A program made the position numbers and the translations under genes. DNA of 64,000 nucleotides, taken from assembly GCA_012295275.1 (NCBI GenBank), contig CM022677.1:17236001-17300000 (forward strand). Reading direction: 5' to 3'. Shown one piece after another: positions 31,023 to 43,789 of this stretch (position 1 is its first letter; each line of letters begins with the position of its first letter). The notes under the pieces were generated by a model. That model saw nothing but the letters and a program-made list of their open reading frames with translations, ran no database searches and was not told the origin of the DNA. This DNA comes from Chrysomallon squamiferum (Eukaryota > Animalia > Mollusca).

Positions 31023-31516
31023 CAGAAAAACAAATAAAGTAAAAAAACAAATACACTTTCTTCATTAACCGACAAAATCATTTTGAGCAACTCGTTTAGT
31101 TAGAAGTTCATTTGTCCTTGAACGACACGAAGCCACGTCGAGCTACGTTCTATTCTAAGTCCAATTAAAAACTATGTTTACTTCCTAATTTAGACTCCTG
31201 CTAAACAATTGCATTAAAACGAAAAGAAAGGTAATTTAAGTCCAGATCACACGTATATTAAACGTTATCAAACATGATGGGAATTTGTTGGGAGTCTTCA
31301 ACTTTTGCCTTGGTGCAGAGCCTGTTGTAAGATTTCCTTGGAATTAGCAGCAGAAGGTTACCGAAAGTTCACTCGTTTGTGTGATCCTTTAGAGCGAGCA
31401 AAACGTTTCATATCTGTTTGTTTTTAAGTACAAATGAAGTTCAATCAAAATGAACTTTGGCCAGACTGAAATGGCGATACAGTCTATATTAGCAGTTATA
31501 TATATATATATATGTT

Positions 31517-31568
<52 letters not shown>

Positions 31569-31632
31569 GTTGTGTGTGTGTGTCTTTGGATGTGGGTGTG
31601 GGTGTATATATATGTGCGTGTGTGATTGTGCT

Positions 31633-31667
<35 letters not shown>

Positions 31668-31714
31668 GCACTGTTCTTGACTCTCCTTGTCTCTCTCTGT
31701 CTATCTATCTCGTT

Positions 31715-32161
31715 TGATCTCTCTCTCCCACTCTCTCTCGCTCTCTCTGTCTCTCTCTAGCTCTCTTTAGCTCTTAGCTCTCTCTATCTCTCTCTAGCTC
31801 TCTCTAGCTCTCTCTCTAGCTCTCTCTCTAGCTCTCTCTAGCTCTCTCTATCTCTCGCTCTATCTCTCTCTCCATCTCTATCTCACGCTCTATCTCTCGC
31901 TCTAACTCTCTATATCTATCTCTCCCTCTCTCTAGCTCTCGCTAGCTCTCTCTCTATTTCTCGCTCTGTCTCTCTCTCTAACTCTCTCTATATCTATCTA
32001 TCTCTCTCTCTAGCTCTCGCTAGCTCTCTTTCGCTATCTCTCGCTCTCTATCTCTCTATCTCTCTCTCAAACTCTATCTCTATCTCTCTATCTCTCGCTG
32101 TATCTCTCGCTGTATCTCTCTCTCTATCTCTCTATCTATCTATCTCTTTCGCTCTTTCTCT
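31715..32161. repeat. (CT)n-derived degenerate repeat with recurrent CTAG/CTCG/CTAT interruptions
   Basis: Direct reading. Confidence 0.9.
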
Positions 32162-32289
32162 CAGTTACACAGACAAGCAATATATTTATTTCACCCTCTC
32201 TATTAATCTAACTGTATATATGTATATATAATAGGTATCTGTTTGTATATATGTCTGACTTACGAGATAAATTCAAATGGACGAGAGAG

Positions 32290-32389
<100 letters not shown>

Positions 32390-32397
32390 GAAATATT

Positions 32398-32471
<74 letters not shown>

Positions 32472-33308
32472 AACAATAACAAACCTAACGCCCCATTTAT
32501 TTCATTAATTATCAACGAGGCACTTGGTCCCGTTTTCGTGTGACAATAATTGATTTAGCTTCATTATCAGCGCTTCCAATAAACCGCTTATCGTTTAGAT
32601 CTGCTTCGAGGGAAAAAAAAAAAAAAAAAAAAAAAAACCCCAGCAAAGTACATACAAGTGTGCATTTCCCATCGCCATATATCATATCTGCACAGCCATT
32701 AGTTTAGATAATGCCGTCGCGTTGATGTGTATGAGAGCCTCAATCCGGGTTTTTCGATTGTAAGTTAACATTTATAGAGCGATCGTCTAGCGGAGAATAA
32801 TTGCAACGAGAAGACTGTTCTGTCGTCTGCGCATCAATCATTCGTTGAATTATGAAACGTCGATCTTCCTTAATTCAAAACCAAGCCCGATATAACGAGA
32901 GAGACTTGTATGATTTTATTTTTTTTTATTTTTTTTTTTTTTTTTTTTTTTTACTTCAATTTTTCTGGCTAAACGAAAACGTCGTGAGATTTCGTCAGTT
33001 TTCGTCGTGTTTCGTGACTTTACGGAGTGTAGCGAAGTCTTCGTGACTTCTGACTGTTCTCTGGGAGGATTTGATGTCGTTCGTGTATGTGAATTAGTAT
33101 TATTGGTTACAAGTATTCCTACGTTGTTGCTTATTCCGATTATTTTTGTAATTTTTATTTATTTTCTCACATATTTCAGCACGATTCATAAACTAAAAAT
33201 ATGTATACTAACGGTGTATTGTATACTAGAGTTCCAAGTGTACTTTTAGTCTCGCAAGATAATAACTAATACTAATGCAACTACCACAACTATCACTTCT
33301 AGTACTAA

Positions 33309-33345
<37 letters not shown>

Positions 33346-33857
33346 TTCATCATCATCAACATCATCATCGTCGTCATTATAATTGTGAAAAGGAAAGATA
33401 AGATTTTGTTCATCTTTCCCCTTGTTTCCTTGTTCATTAATGGTTTGCCAGTACTTCAAGTTCAACATTACGTCATAACAGATTACTTAGTAACGTTTTA
33501 CGTTACGTCATAATGGACGCTTGATTACGTTCGGCGTTACTTTATAATGTATTACCAAAGGTTTACGTCAGCAGATTTCAGTGTCATTTTTTTGTCGTCC
33601 TGGAGTGTAAATGAACTGTTTGCTTAGTACAGAGAAGTCATAGGGGAAATTAGTGCTATAATCACACAGAATTACGTGTTTCTGTAATAGAGTTTCTAAC
33701 GGGTATACATAACTTGTTTCTTCTTGTCTTTTTTTTTTTCTATTCTCTTTAATGAATTATATATTTTATTTTTGTTTATTTTAGTTATTACTAGTATAGT
33801 CAGGGGCATTTGTGTTGTTATATGTATGTATGTATATGTATGTATTTATATATATAT

Positions 33858-33920
<63 letters not shown>

Positions 33921-34916
33921 CATACAGACAGACAGACAGACAGACAAAAGAGTAAGTTATATTATTAAATTATTTAACCAACACTCCATCAAAGTTAATG
34001 CTAAGTAAGTTTCTATTATAGTCATGTTATCTGCGCAAAGAAACAAAAAACTGAACACTTTTCTTCTTTTTTTTGATGTCTGGCCCATAAAATGTCGCTT
34101 CAGTCTGATATTAAAAACAAGACACTCACACATTACTGAAAAACGTAGTCATGCAAGTGCGTGATCAAGTCTGCTTCTTAAATAACAGATTTTAATAAAA
34201 AAAAAAAAAAAAAAAACTTTTTAAATAAAAAAAAAAAAAAAAAAAAAAATCTAGTCGGTCGCTTTAACCTAAACGGATAACTTTCTAACGTCATTGAAAC
34301 TTTCAAAGAACGTTAAAAGTACACGATACCTTTTTTCTGTAAAATGCGTCATTTTATTTTATTTTATTTTTCCTTTTTTAAACACATTTTTTACCTTTTT
34401 TTAATTATTTTTATTCCATTTTATTACTTTTATTTTTATTGTTTTTATATTATTATTTTTTATTATTATTATTTCTATTTTTTTTTTCTTTCTTTCTTTT
34501 ACTTTTTCGTAAGCGACATTTCTCTTTGTTGTGTACGACATGTTTGTGAAGCGAGCACGCGGATTACGTAACAACACGGAAAAGCGAGCAGGTTTAAATC
34601 GATTGACTGCAGATATCGAGTGAAGCATTTCAACGCATATTCCTCTCTTGATGTGTGAGTTATCACGTACTTTCATCTTGTGTTTGTTCGCTTTGTTAAA
34701 GTAGCACGCTGGATTTAACACGAGTTGTATATGCGGATTAGAGTCCAAACCGACATTTTCAGCTTCTTTTAGTCAAACTTCTGTCTCTAGCAAACCTTTA
34801 AAAAAATTTTATTTTCTTTCTTATTTTCTTTTCATTCTTTTTCTCTTTATTTTCTTTGGATTTTTTTTCTCTCTTTATTTATTTTTTTTTTATTTTCTTT
34901 ATTTCTTTATTTACTG

Positions 34917-34951
<35 letters not shown>

Positions 34952-36751
34952 TTTCATTGTATGTTTATTTATTTGTTTATTTACTTTATTTATTTATTTA
35001 TTTATTTCATATGTTTGTTTTTATTTATGTTTATTTATATTTTTATTGTTGTTTTTTTTTGTTTGTTTGTGTTTGTGTTTATATATTTTATTTTTTATTT
35101 ATTTTTTATTCTTTTATTTTTTATTTTTTTGTTTTTTGTTTGACTAAATTTATATATTTGACAAGTGTGTTTATATGTAAAATAATCTTTACATTTTTAT
35201 TCAGTTTATAGAAGATTATATAAATACCAAGCTCAGACTGTATATCTGTAGTGTACAGTTATCTTTGCGTTGTGAGTGTATGTTTGTGCTTTTGTGTCTC
35301 TGTGTGTGAGTGGGTGCGTGTGAGTGTCTGTCAGTGGGTTTTGTTATTTCCAGCCTTTCTTCCATCATCCTGACCTCTCAGATTAATTTCTGAATTTCCT
35401 CTAGCATTTCTTTTCAACAAAAACATTTCAAAAACCGCTTCGTTCATTCCTGTATTGACTTTCAGAAGAACGAGTGACTTCCCTTTCTTCTGGATATGAC
35501 ACCGCCTGAGATTGGTTGAGAGGAATGTTGTTCTGGCCAATCATAACACTCAAGCGAACTTCTTAAGACTTGGAGTGTTGTTCTACACTTGAAGATTGGT
35601 TGTTTTATGTTCTGGGTTTATTTCGCTGTAAGAAATATTTCTGAGGTTTTGTTAACGCGAGGTGTGTTAGAAATTTCCTTTTCATTCACCTGTTGTTTTT
35701 TTTAATGATAATTGTAACCTTTTTTTATATATCTAAATCTGCACAGTCCTTCATCAAAAAAGGCTCAATTTCTAATTCCATTGAAAATATTTATATATAA
35801 ATCTACACGGTGAAAATTGCTGAACTTCTAGATCCATTGAAATCATTTAAAATATTTTGTAAGGACAGGGAAACAGTTAAACCTACTCCCATTCAATAGC
35901 TTAGAAACTGTTATTTTCATTTTTTGAAGTTTAACATAGAAGTGCTTTACAGCTGTGGTTCAACAGTCAGGTACACAGACAGACAGACAGACAAATAGGT
36001 TAAAAAGACATACAGAGAAACAGACGTATACGTTAGATGATAGATCATAATGGCAAACAAACAGGCATTCATGAAGTCAGACATACCGAGAGTCAGACAC
36101 ACAGACAGACAGACATGTGTGTGAATTTACCTAGATGGATAGACAGACAGACAGATATAGAAAGAGAGAGGAAGACTGATAGACGAATAAGATAAAGACT
36201 GATAGGCGGAGAGACAGAGAAAGTAATGTTTATATGTCTGTATACATATCTACACATATCTCTCTACCCACCTCCATGTACCTCATTATATTTCTCTTCT
36301 TTCTCTTTGTTAGCAAAATGTTTGGAGGAGCAGCAGCATTAGTAGTAGTTGTAATAGTAATAGCAGTAGTAGTAGTAGTATAGTAGTAGTAGTAGTAGTA
36401 ATAGTATTGTCATAATACTGGTATCATACTTTAATAGCTGCAGTGGTAGTGATTGTGCTGATATTGACAGTTGAAAGTATTTGTAGTAGCAGTTGTTGCT
36501 GCTGCTATTATTGTCGTTGTTGTTGTCGTCACTGTTGAAACAATACACCTTTATTCATAATAAATAGTTCCCACATAATCTGTTGGAGTAGGGGTCAATA
36601 TCCTTTTTAACCCAGAGAAACTCAAAGTACTAATTAAAACAGTAAATATTTTATAAGGAAAGAAAATAAAAATAAAAAGTTAATTTTTAGAGGAAATTAA
36701 ATTTCAAATGGGACTGTTAACTGCAAGAACAGCGGCATGTTGCTATATTCA

Positions 36752-36765
36752 GTTTCCATGGTAAC
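36752..36765. promoter_or_regulatory. RFX X-box consensus match GTTTCCATGGTAAC (copy 1)
   Basis: Exact match to GTHNYY-AT-RRNAAC, inside a 38-bp block identical in both duplicates. Confidence 0.55.
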
Positions 36766-37213
36766 TGACAGACACGCCATTGATAAATAATTTACATATC
36801 TGTCCAGGTTTCTTTGTGTGTGTCCATTCCACGACTGATGTCATTAATTCTGATTCTTATTTTTCAGATAATTATTTTTAGAATTTTTGTTTTCTTTTAG
36901 CTTTGTTTAATGATAGAGTCTCTGTAATCTCTATTTTTTTAACATCTAAATCAAAACGGTCTTCCATCAACTAACAATTTCAGTTAAATGATTTAAAATA
37001 TTTATCAACAGAGTTAAACCCCAATCGCAGGCATAGAAAAACTGTTCTTATCATTTTTTTTTAGGTGAAGAAAGAACTGTTTTACATATTGAGTTATATA
37101 GTTAGGATAGACAGAAAAACATAAGTAAAGATACTGATAGATTAACAGGCAGATATAAAATTATACGCTATTGTAATAAATATTGTGACATTTAAAAAGA
37201 CACACACACACTG

Positions 37214-37268
<55 letters not shown>

Positions 37269-38072
37269 ATGTTTGTGTGTGTGTATGTATAACCATAGAC
37301 AGATAGACAGATAGACAGATAGAGACAGAGACAGAGAGGTAGAGGTAGGTAGATGTACAGAAGAACAGAGAGACTGACAGATGAATCAGAAAAAGATGGC
37401 GAGCCAAACTGAGAAACCTGTACCTATACAAATCTCTCTAATTACGCATCCATCCATCTACATTAGAACACTTTAAAACATTTCTCTTCTTTCTTTATAC
37501 AGAAAAATAATTGTAATATTACATAAAGACGTAGTTGTAGTATTCATAATAGTAACGTCATACTGTGATTATATGTGTATGAGCAATAGTCTTATAGTAA
37601 TTGTGATATTGATAGTTGTAGTAGTTATGGTATTTTAACTCGCTGAAAGTAATAACAGCAGTCTGGTAACAGTAGCTATAGTCTTTGTGTAATTGTGGTA
37701 GTGGTAGTTGCAGTGGTTGTTGTAGCAGTCACGGTGTTTTTACTCCATGAAAGTAGTAACTGCAGTCTGGTAGCAGAAGTTGTTGCTTGTAGAAATTGTG
37801 ATGTGGTAGTTGTAGAACAGTGGTGTTATTACTAGCTGAAAGTAATACTAGCAGTAGCACTAGTCGTTGCTACAGTTTGTTGCCGTTGTTACAGTTTGTT
37901 GTCGTCACTGTTGAAAAAATACACATAATCTGTACACGGAACTCAAAGTTATAAATAAAACAGTAAGTCTTTTATACGGAAATAAAATTAAAATAAAACG
38001 TTAATTTTTTGGAGGAAATTAAATTTCAACTTGGGCTATTAACTGCAGAATAGCAGCATGTTGCTATATTCA

Positions 38073-38086
38073 GTTTCCATGGTAAC
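38073..38086. promoter_or_regulatory. RFX X-box consensus match GTTTCCATGGTAAC (copy 2)
   Basis: Same 38-bp block as copy 1, offset by 1321 bp. Confidence 0.55.
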
Positions 38087-38379
38087 TGACAGAAATGCAA
38101 TTTATAAATAATTTACAGACCTGTCCGGGTTTCTTTGTTCGTGTCCGCTCCTAAACTAATGTCATTAATTCCGTTTCTTATGTTCTTGATAATTATTTTA
38201 AGTGAGACCAGCGGAATTAGAAATTGGGCGTTTTTGTTGACGGGTGCGTGGCTATAAAATTATAAGCTCGGAATTGTAATTATCATTATAAAACAACCAC
38301 CTGTGTTTTCTGGAGAACAGTCAAGGTTATTTTTTTAACTGTTTTCTTTCTTTTCTACGTCGCTTTATTGTATTAAGAA

Positions 38380-38499
<120 letters not shown>

Positions 38500-38813
38500 T
38501 TGAAACAAATAGTCTAAAAGATACAGTGACAAAAAACAAAAACAAAGACACAACTGTAACTTCATCAATAAAGCCATGTAACGGAAAAGTTATAAACGAC
38601 AAGGAAGCAAACAAAGTCAGATCAGCTGATAAACAAACTAAACAGATAGACAGACAGACAGATAGATAGATAGACAGACAGATTGATAGACAGACAGACA
38701 GACAGACAGATAGGCAGACAGATAAATAGAAAGCTAGAGAGATGGATCGATAGCTAGATAGATAGATAGATATATAGATTGATTGATAAACAGACAGATA
38801 GATAGGCAGGTAG

Positions 38814-38858
<45 letters not shown>

Positions 38859-39217
38859 CAGACAACAGAGAGATAAATACAGATGTAGCTATAGATAGAG
38901 CTATAAATGCACGTGTATATATATATATAAGACAGAAAGAGTCGAGAAAAGACAACAGCACACAAATATATAGTTTCATCACGATACCCATCTAAACAGC
39001 AGGTTATTAGTTGTTCAAGTATTGTTCAAGTAAGGATGAGGTTTCAGTGTCACTAACGTCTTAATTTGGCTATTTACCAGCTCGCTGCATATTTCGTGTA
39101 AAGCATAGTCCTCGCCACACATTCCTGCCTGTATGAGCGAAATGAGCTGCTATTCCGCTAATTGGTAAACACAGCCTATAAAATAGCACTGGCAGACGCT
39201 GTGTGATTTTAACATCT

Positions 39218-39830
39218 TAATAATTTAATATTAGTATATATTAAGGTATCGTTAAATGTAGTAATTTAGTATTAGTATACGTTAAAGTATCGTTAAATGT
39301 AATAATTTAATATTAATATACGTTAAAGTATCGTTAAATGTAATAATTTAATATTAGTATACGTTAAAGTATCGTTAAATGTAATAATTTAATATTAGTA
39401 TACGTTAAAGTATCGTTAAATGTAATAATTTAATATTAATATACGTTAAGGTATCGTTAAATGTAATAATTTAATATTAATATATATCGTTAATTTAGTA
39501 TTAGTATACGTTAAAGTACCGTTAAATGTAATAATTTAGTATTAGTATACGTTAAAGTATCGTTAAATGTAATAATTTAATATTAATATACGTTAAAGTA
39601 TCGTTAAATGTAATAATTTAGTATTAGTATACGTTAAAGTATCGTTAAATGTAATAATTTAGTAAATACCGTTAAATGTAATAATTTAATATTAATATAC
39701 GTTAAGGTATCGTTAAATGTAATAATTTAATATTAATATACGTTAAGGTATCGTTAAATGTAATAATTTAATATTAGTATACGTTAAAGTATCGTTAAAT
39801 GTAATAATTTAATATTAGTATACGTTAAGA
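39218..39830. repeat. 41-bp minisatellite, about 15 copies (GTATCGTTAAATGTAATAATTTAATATTAGTATACGTTAAA)
   Basis: Unit starts at 39246 and 39287 give a period of 41; a couple of units carry deletions. Confidence 0.95.
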
Positions 39831-40009
39831 TATAGTTTGTTCATTGATTTACTTTCTACGCATGTGTCTGTGTGTCTGTGTCTGTGTCTTTTTGTGGGTT
39901 CAGATAAATAGCTATGTATCTGAGGTCTTCATTTTGTGTGTATATATATATATATATTTCACATATCTGGCGCTTCTGTATATGTTAGTATATAAATTGA
40001 CTGTAAATT

Positions 40010-40098
<89 letters not shown>

Positions 40099-40114
40099 GT
40101 TAGTATATAAATTG

Positions 40115-40168
<54 letters not shown>

Positions 40169-40971
40169 GTTATATAAATTGAAATCTCTCTCTCTCTCTC
40201 TCTCTCTCTTTCAGTGTGTATATATATATCAGTATATTTAGACAGATGTGTTCGTCTGTGTCGCTTTGACAATATTACATTTACATATCTATGGATTGTT
40301 GTTCGTCATCTAATTTCCACTTCTGATTAATCAGTAAAATAATTTAATACAATGTCGCATAAACTCGATAACAAGCGTCCAGTGAAAAACGAGGTTAATA
40401 CAATCAACAAAAAAAAAAAGAGTAATAATAATAACAACGTGACAGAATTCGTTCGAATTCGGCCTTCATCGGCAAATTACGTGTGTCATGTTCCAGAAAC
40501 TTCGCTGCCTCGGCAAAACAACGTTATCAATATTTGTTATTAGTATTCCTTGTCAATATTCCTCGTCAATATTCCTCATCAATATTCGTTATCAAAAATT
40601 CGTTTTAAAATAAGTCGCAAAATAACAGAAGTTTCCTTTCGACGGATCACAATGAAATAATGACAGTTCGTTCGTTTCTGCTAAGACTAGGACAGCCGCT
40701 GATTCGCAATTAGTGCGCATGACGGAAACAGATTTTCTTCTCCGGTGAAATAAGGCGCGAAAGACTGTCGTTTATTGAACAAATTCGCGTTGTTTCGTTG
40801 CAGCGGCTTTGAAAGTGTCATTGTAATAATATGCTGTAGAGTTATTTTTGAAAGTCGCTAATGAAAATGTTGAAACAAAAGTATCTATTTTTATAGAATA
40901 ACTATAAATTGTCAAGTGTATCACCATAATACGCTAACAATATGTTAATCTAACAATATGTTAATCATATA

Positions 40972-41603
40972 CAGTGCTACCTCGAGTTACGAGTGCCCCA
41001 ACTTGCGAGTTTTCCGTGTTACGCCCGGTCGATTTTTTGTTTTGAGTTGCGAGACACAATCCGAGTTACGAGCGAGCTTCAGATAAGCCGCCGCTAGTTG
41101 GCAACGAACAACAGGACAGTGCGGAGGAAAAGAAGCGGATGATATCCATTGAATTAAAGCATGAAATCATAGAAAAACATGAGCAAGTTCTGCGTGTAGT
41201 CAACATGGCTAGGCAGTACGAGCGTAGTACGTTTTACGATATGTACCATACTGAAGCAGAAGGAGTCGATAAAGGCTGTAACTCCAGGCTATAAAGCGAA
41301 AGGGCGTTAAAATAATTTCTAACCTGTGGACCTCTGTCCATGAAAAGATAGAGAAACCCTAACCCTGTACACTTTACAAAACTAATTTATTTCTTTATAT
41401 TCTCTTTTATTTGGTTTTTATATATAATTTGTCGTTTATACATATATTTTTCTTATTCAAAAACATGTTACAAAAAATTGGGGTGGTTTTGGGGGAACTG
41501 GAACGGATTAATGGCATTTGGGAAAATTGATTTGATATACGAGCAATTTGAGTTACGATCTCGGTCATGGAACGAATTAAGCTCGGAAGTCAAGGTACCA
41601 CTG
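40972..41603 (+). mobile_element. Internally deleted Tigger/pogo-type (Tc1/mariner superfamily) DNA transposon, 632 bp
   Basis: TA on both flanks. TIRs: CAGTGCTACCTCGAGTTACGAG versus (reverse complement) CAGTGGTACCTTGACTTCCGAG. Contains a frameshifted transposase N-terminus. Confidence 0.88.
41115..41357 (+). pseudogene. Transposase remnant: CENP-B/psq-type N-terminal HTH DNA-binding domain
   Basis: DSAEEKKRMISIELKHEIIEKHEQVLRVVNMARQYERST / TICTILKQKESIKAVTP / AKGVKIISNLWTSVHEKIEK across frameshifts; typical Tigger transposase N-terminus; no DDE domain. Confidence 0.8.
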
Positions 41604-41699
41604 TATTTGATTATAACCGTATCACGTAATTATCAAAAAAATTAAACTGTTACATAACAATTATAGCAGACTGTGATAGAAAGATTGCATCTTATTACA

Positions 41700-42270
41700 G
41701 TATGGTATCTAGTAATATTATAAAGCCTAAATCTTGTTAACAAGATATTTAAGCTAAATAACATAAATCGGCTAAATGCAGCATAACAAGTAAAATAAAA
41801 AATAATAAATATAATATTCTGTTATAAATGTAATTATATCAAGATATCTAGTAAATATCGTAAACGGCAGTCTGATATAACAAAATATAAGTTATATAAG
41901 ATAACAAATTAAACCTTATTCCAGTAAAGTATTTGGTAATGTTATAAACCGTAAATAACAAGATATCTAGAAAAACGTACATATAACATAACACGATATC
42001 TAGTAATGTGCTAAAGCGAAAATAAAACACAACAAAATAGAAATATTAACGTAATGTAAAGCATATATATAATATAATATAACAAGATATCTAGAAATAT
42101 ATTAGAAGGATTAAATTTAACATGACAAGATAACTAGTAATATTATAAAGCGTAAATATAACAACAAGATATCTAGAAAGATATCAGAAAGATAAAATTT
42201 AACATAACAAGTTAACTAACTAGTAATATCAAAAAGTATAAATGTACTACAACGACATATCTATAAATAT
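41700..42270. repeat. Degenerate ~40-bp AT-rich tandem repeat with core AACAAGATATCTAG
   Basis: The core recurs about ten times with related inter-core sequence. Confidence 0.7.
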
Positions 42271-42510
42271 AATCTTATAATGATATGATTCACAATTACC
42301 ATTTCTTATATGAAACAAATGGTAACTGCCAGCCTTGTAATAAGGTATCTTCATGTTTCACAGTGAAAATATCAGTATATCATGCAACCGAGTAATATTA
42401 AAAAGCGTAAAAAATGTATTACAACGTTTCAAAATATTCAGTAATAACATTAGGAGACGTATAATGGCTCTATGCCATGCAACAGTTTATAACATTAACA
42501 GCAAATTCTA

Positions 42511-42777
42511 CGGCTGGTCCACGCGCTTACGACTTTTTCGAGTTACGACTTCCCGCACTTACGACTGAAACGATTAGAAAAGATTATTTTGAAAATATAA
42601 AAATGATTATAATTAAAGAACATAGTTTATTTTCATACAGTGTATGGTGTCTGCCAGAAATATAAAACGCTGGTTATATTTAATAAAGAAGCTTAAGTGA
42701 ATTTTTTTTAGTTACCGTTTTTCTTAGTTACGACTAGTTGGGTAGAACGTAAACTGGTCGTAAGCAGGATCTAGCTG
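42511..42777. mobile_element. Degenerate MITE-like element, probably Tigger-derived
   Basis: Imperfect inverted ends (cggctggtccacgcgcttacgac versus revcomp cagctagatcctgcttacgac). Repeated subterminal TTACGA motifs like those of the neighbouring Tigger element. Confidence 0.5.
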
Positions 42778-42971
42778 AGTACTCTAGAACCCAGGTCAGT
42801 CAGCTAAGTTCTCCGATCGTAATAAAACTGCTTGGTTTTGAAGAAATAATTACTATTTTAGTTCCAGATCTGTTTGAATCTGCTATAATGAAGAACCATA
42901 ATAATAATAATAATAGAAGATAATAAAATTAATTTTAAAAAGAAAGATAACTCTAAAGTAAAATATTAAAC

Positions 42972-43013
<42 letters not shown>

Positions 43014-43035
43014 CATCATCATCATCATCATAATG

Positions 43036-43082
<47 letters not shown>

Positions 43083-43789
43083 GTAATTAAATAAATAAAA
43101 AAAAAAAATATAATAATAAAAAAAAAAAAAAAAAAACGCGAAAAAAAAATGTCTTCGAAGAACAGTCTGCTCTCTAGTACCACTTGATCCGGGCAATTTC
43201 GCGCACGAGCCACGAGTGTATTTTATTGAAGCGATTACGTCTGCTTTATGGCGGGCTTCTGCCATTTGCAATCTGATCATTGATTTTAGTAGCGTTTTCG
43301 GATTTGACTCAGATGCTGATTTGGCGAAGTTACGTTGATTTATTGTCTGTAGATGACATTAGGTGATTTATTTTTACCTCGAATCTTTTTTTTTTTTTTT
43401 TTTTCTTTTTCTTTTTTATAGTCCTATTATTTCTTTCGTTTTTGTTTTATTTTATTATTTTGTTTTGGGTTTATTGATTTATTATATTTTTTTATTTTTT
43501 AATCTTTTTATTTTATATATATATATTTTTTTAAATTCTTTTTCTATATTTTTTTTTTTTTTTTTTTACTTTCTTCCGGAATTTATTTGTGTGTGTATGT
43601 TGTGTACGTTTGTGTCAGTGTGTTGTGTGTGTTTGTGTGTTATTCTTTGTTCTTTTTTTCCTTTCTTTATTGTTTGGTACAGGGACGCCCACACTTTTTT
43701 GGCTTGCGATGAGCTGCTTTTTCAAATGACCAAGTCAAAATGATCTGCATGAGATAAAACGCCATTTATTTATTTATTATATTTAATTA

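Larger units (their letters stand above)
35730..38200. repeat. Diverged tandem segmental duplication, two ~1.2-1.3 kb units
   Basis: 36525-36880 aligns by eye with 37901-38200; 35850-35925 resembles 36988-37062. Confidence 0.8.

Noticed and set aside
41700-42270. Conserved AACAAGATATCTAG core with variable intervening sequence, superficially CRISPR-like
   Set aside because: The context is eukaryotic, there are no cas genes, the core is short and degenerate, and the 'spacers' are related to each other. It is an old satellite.
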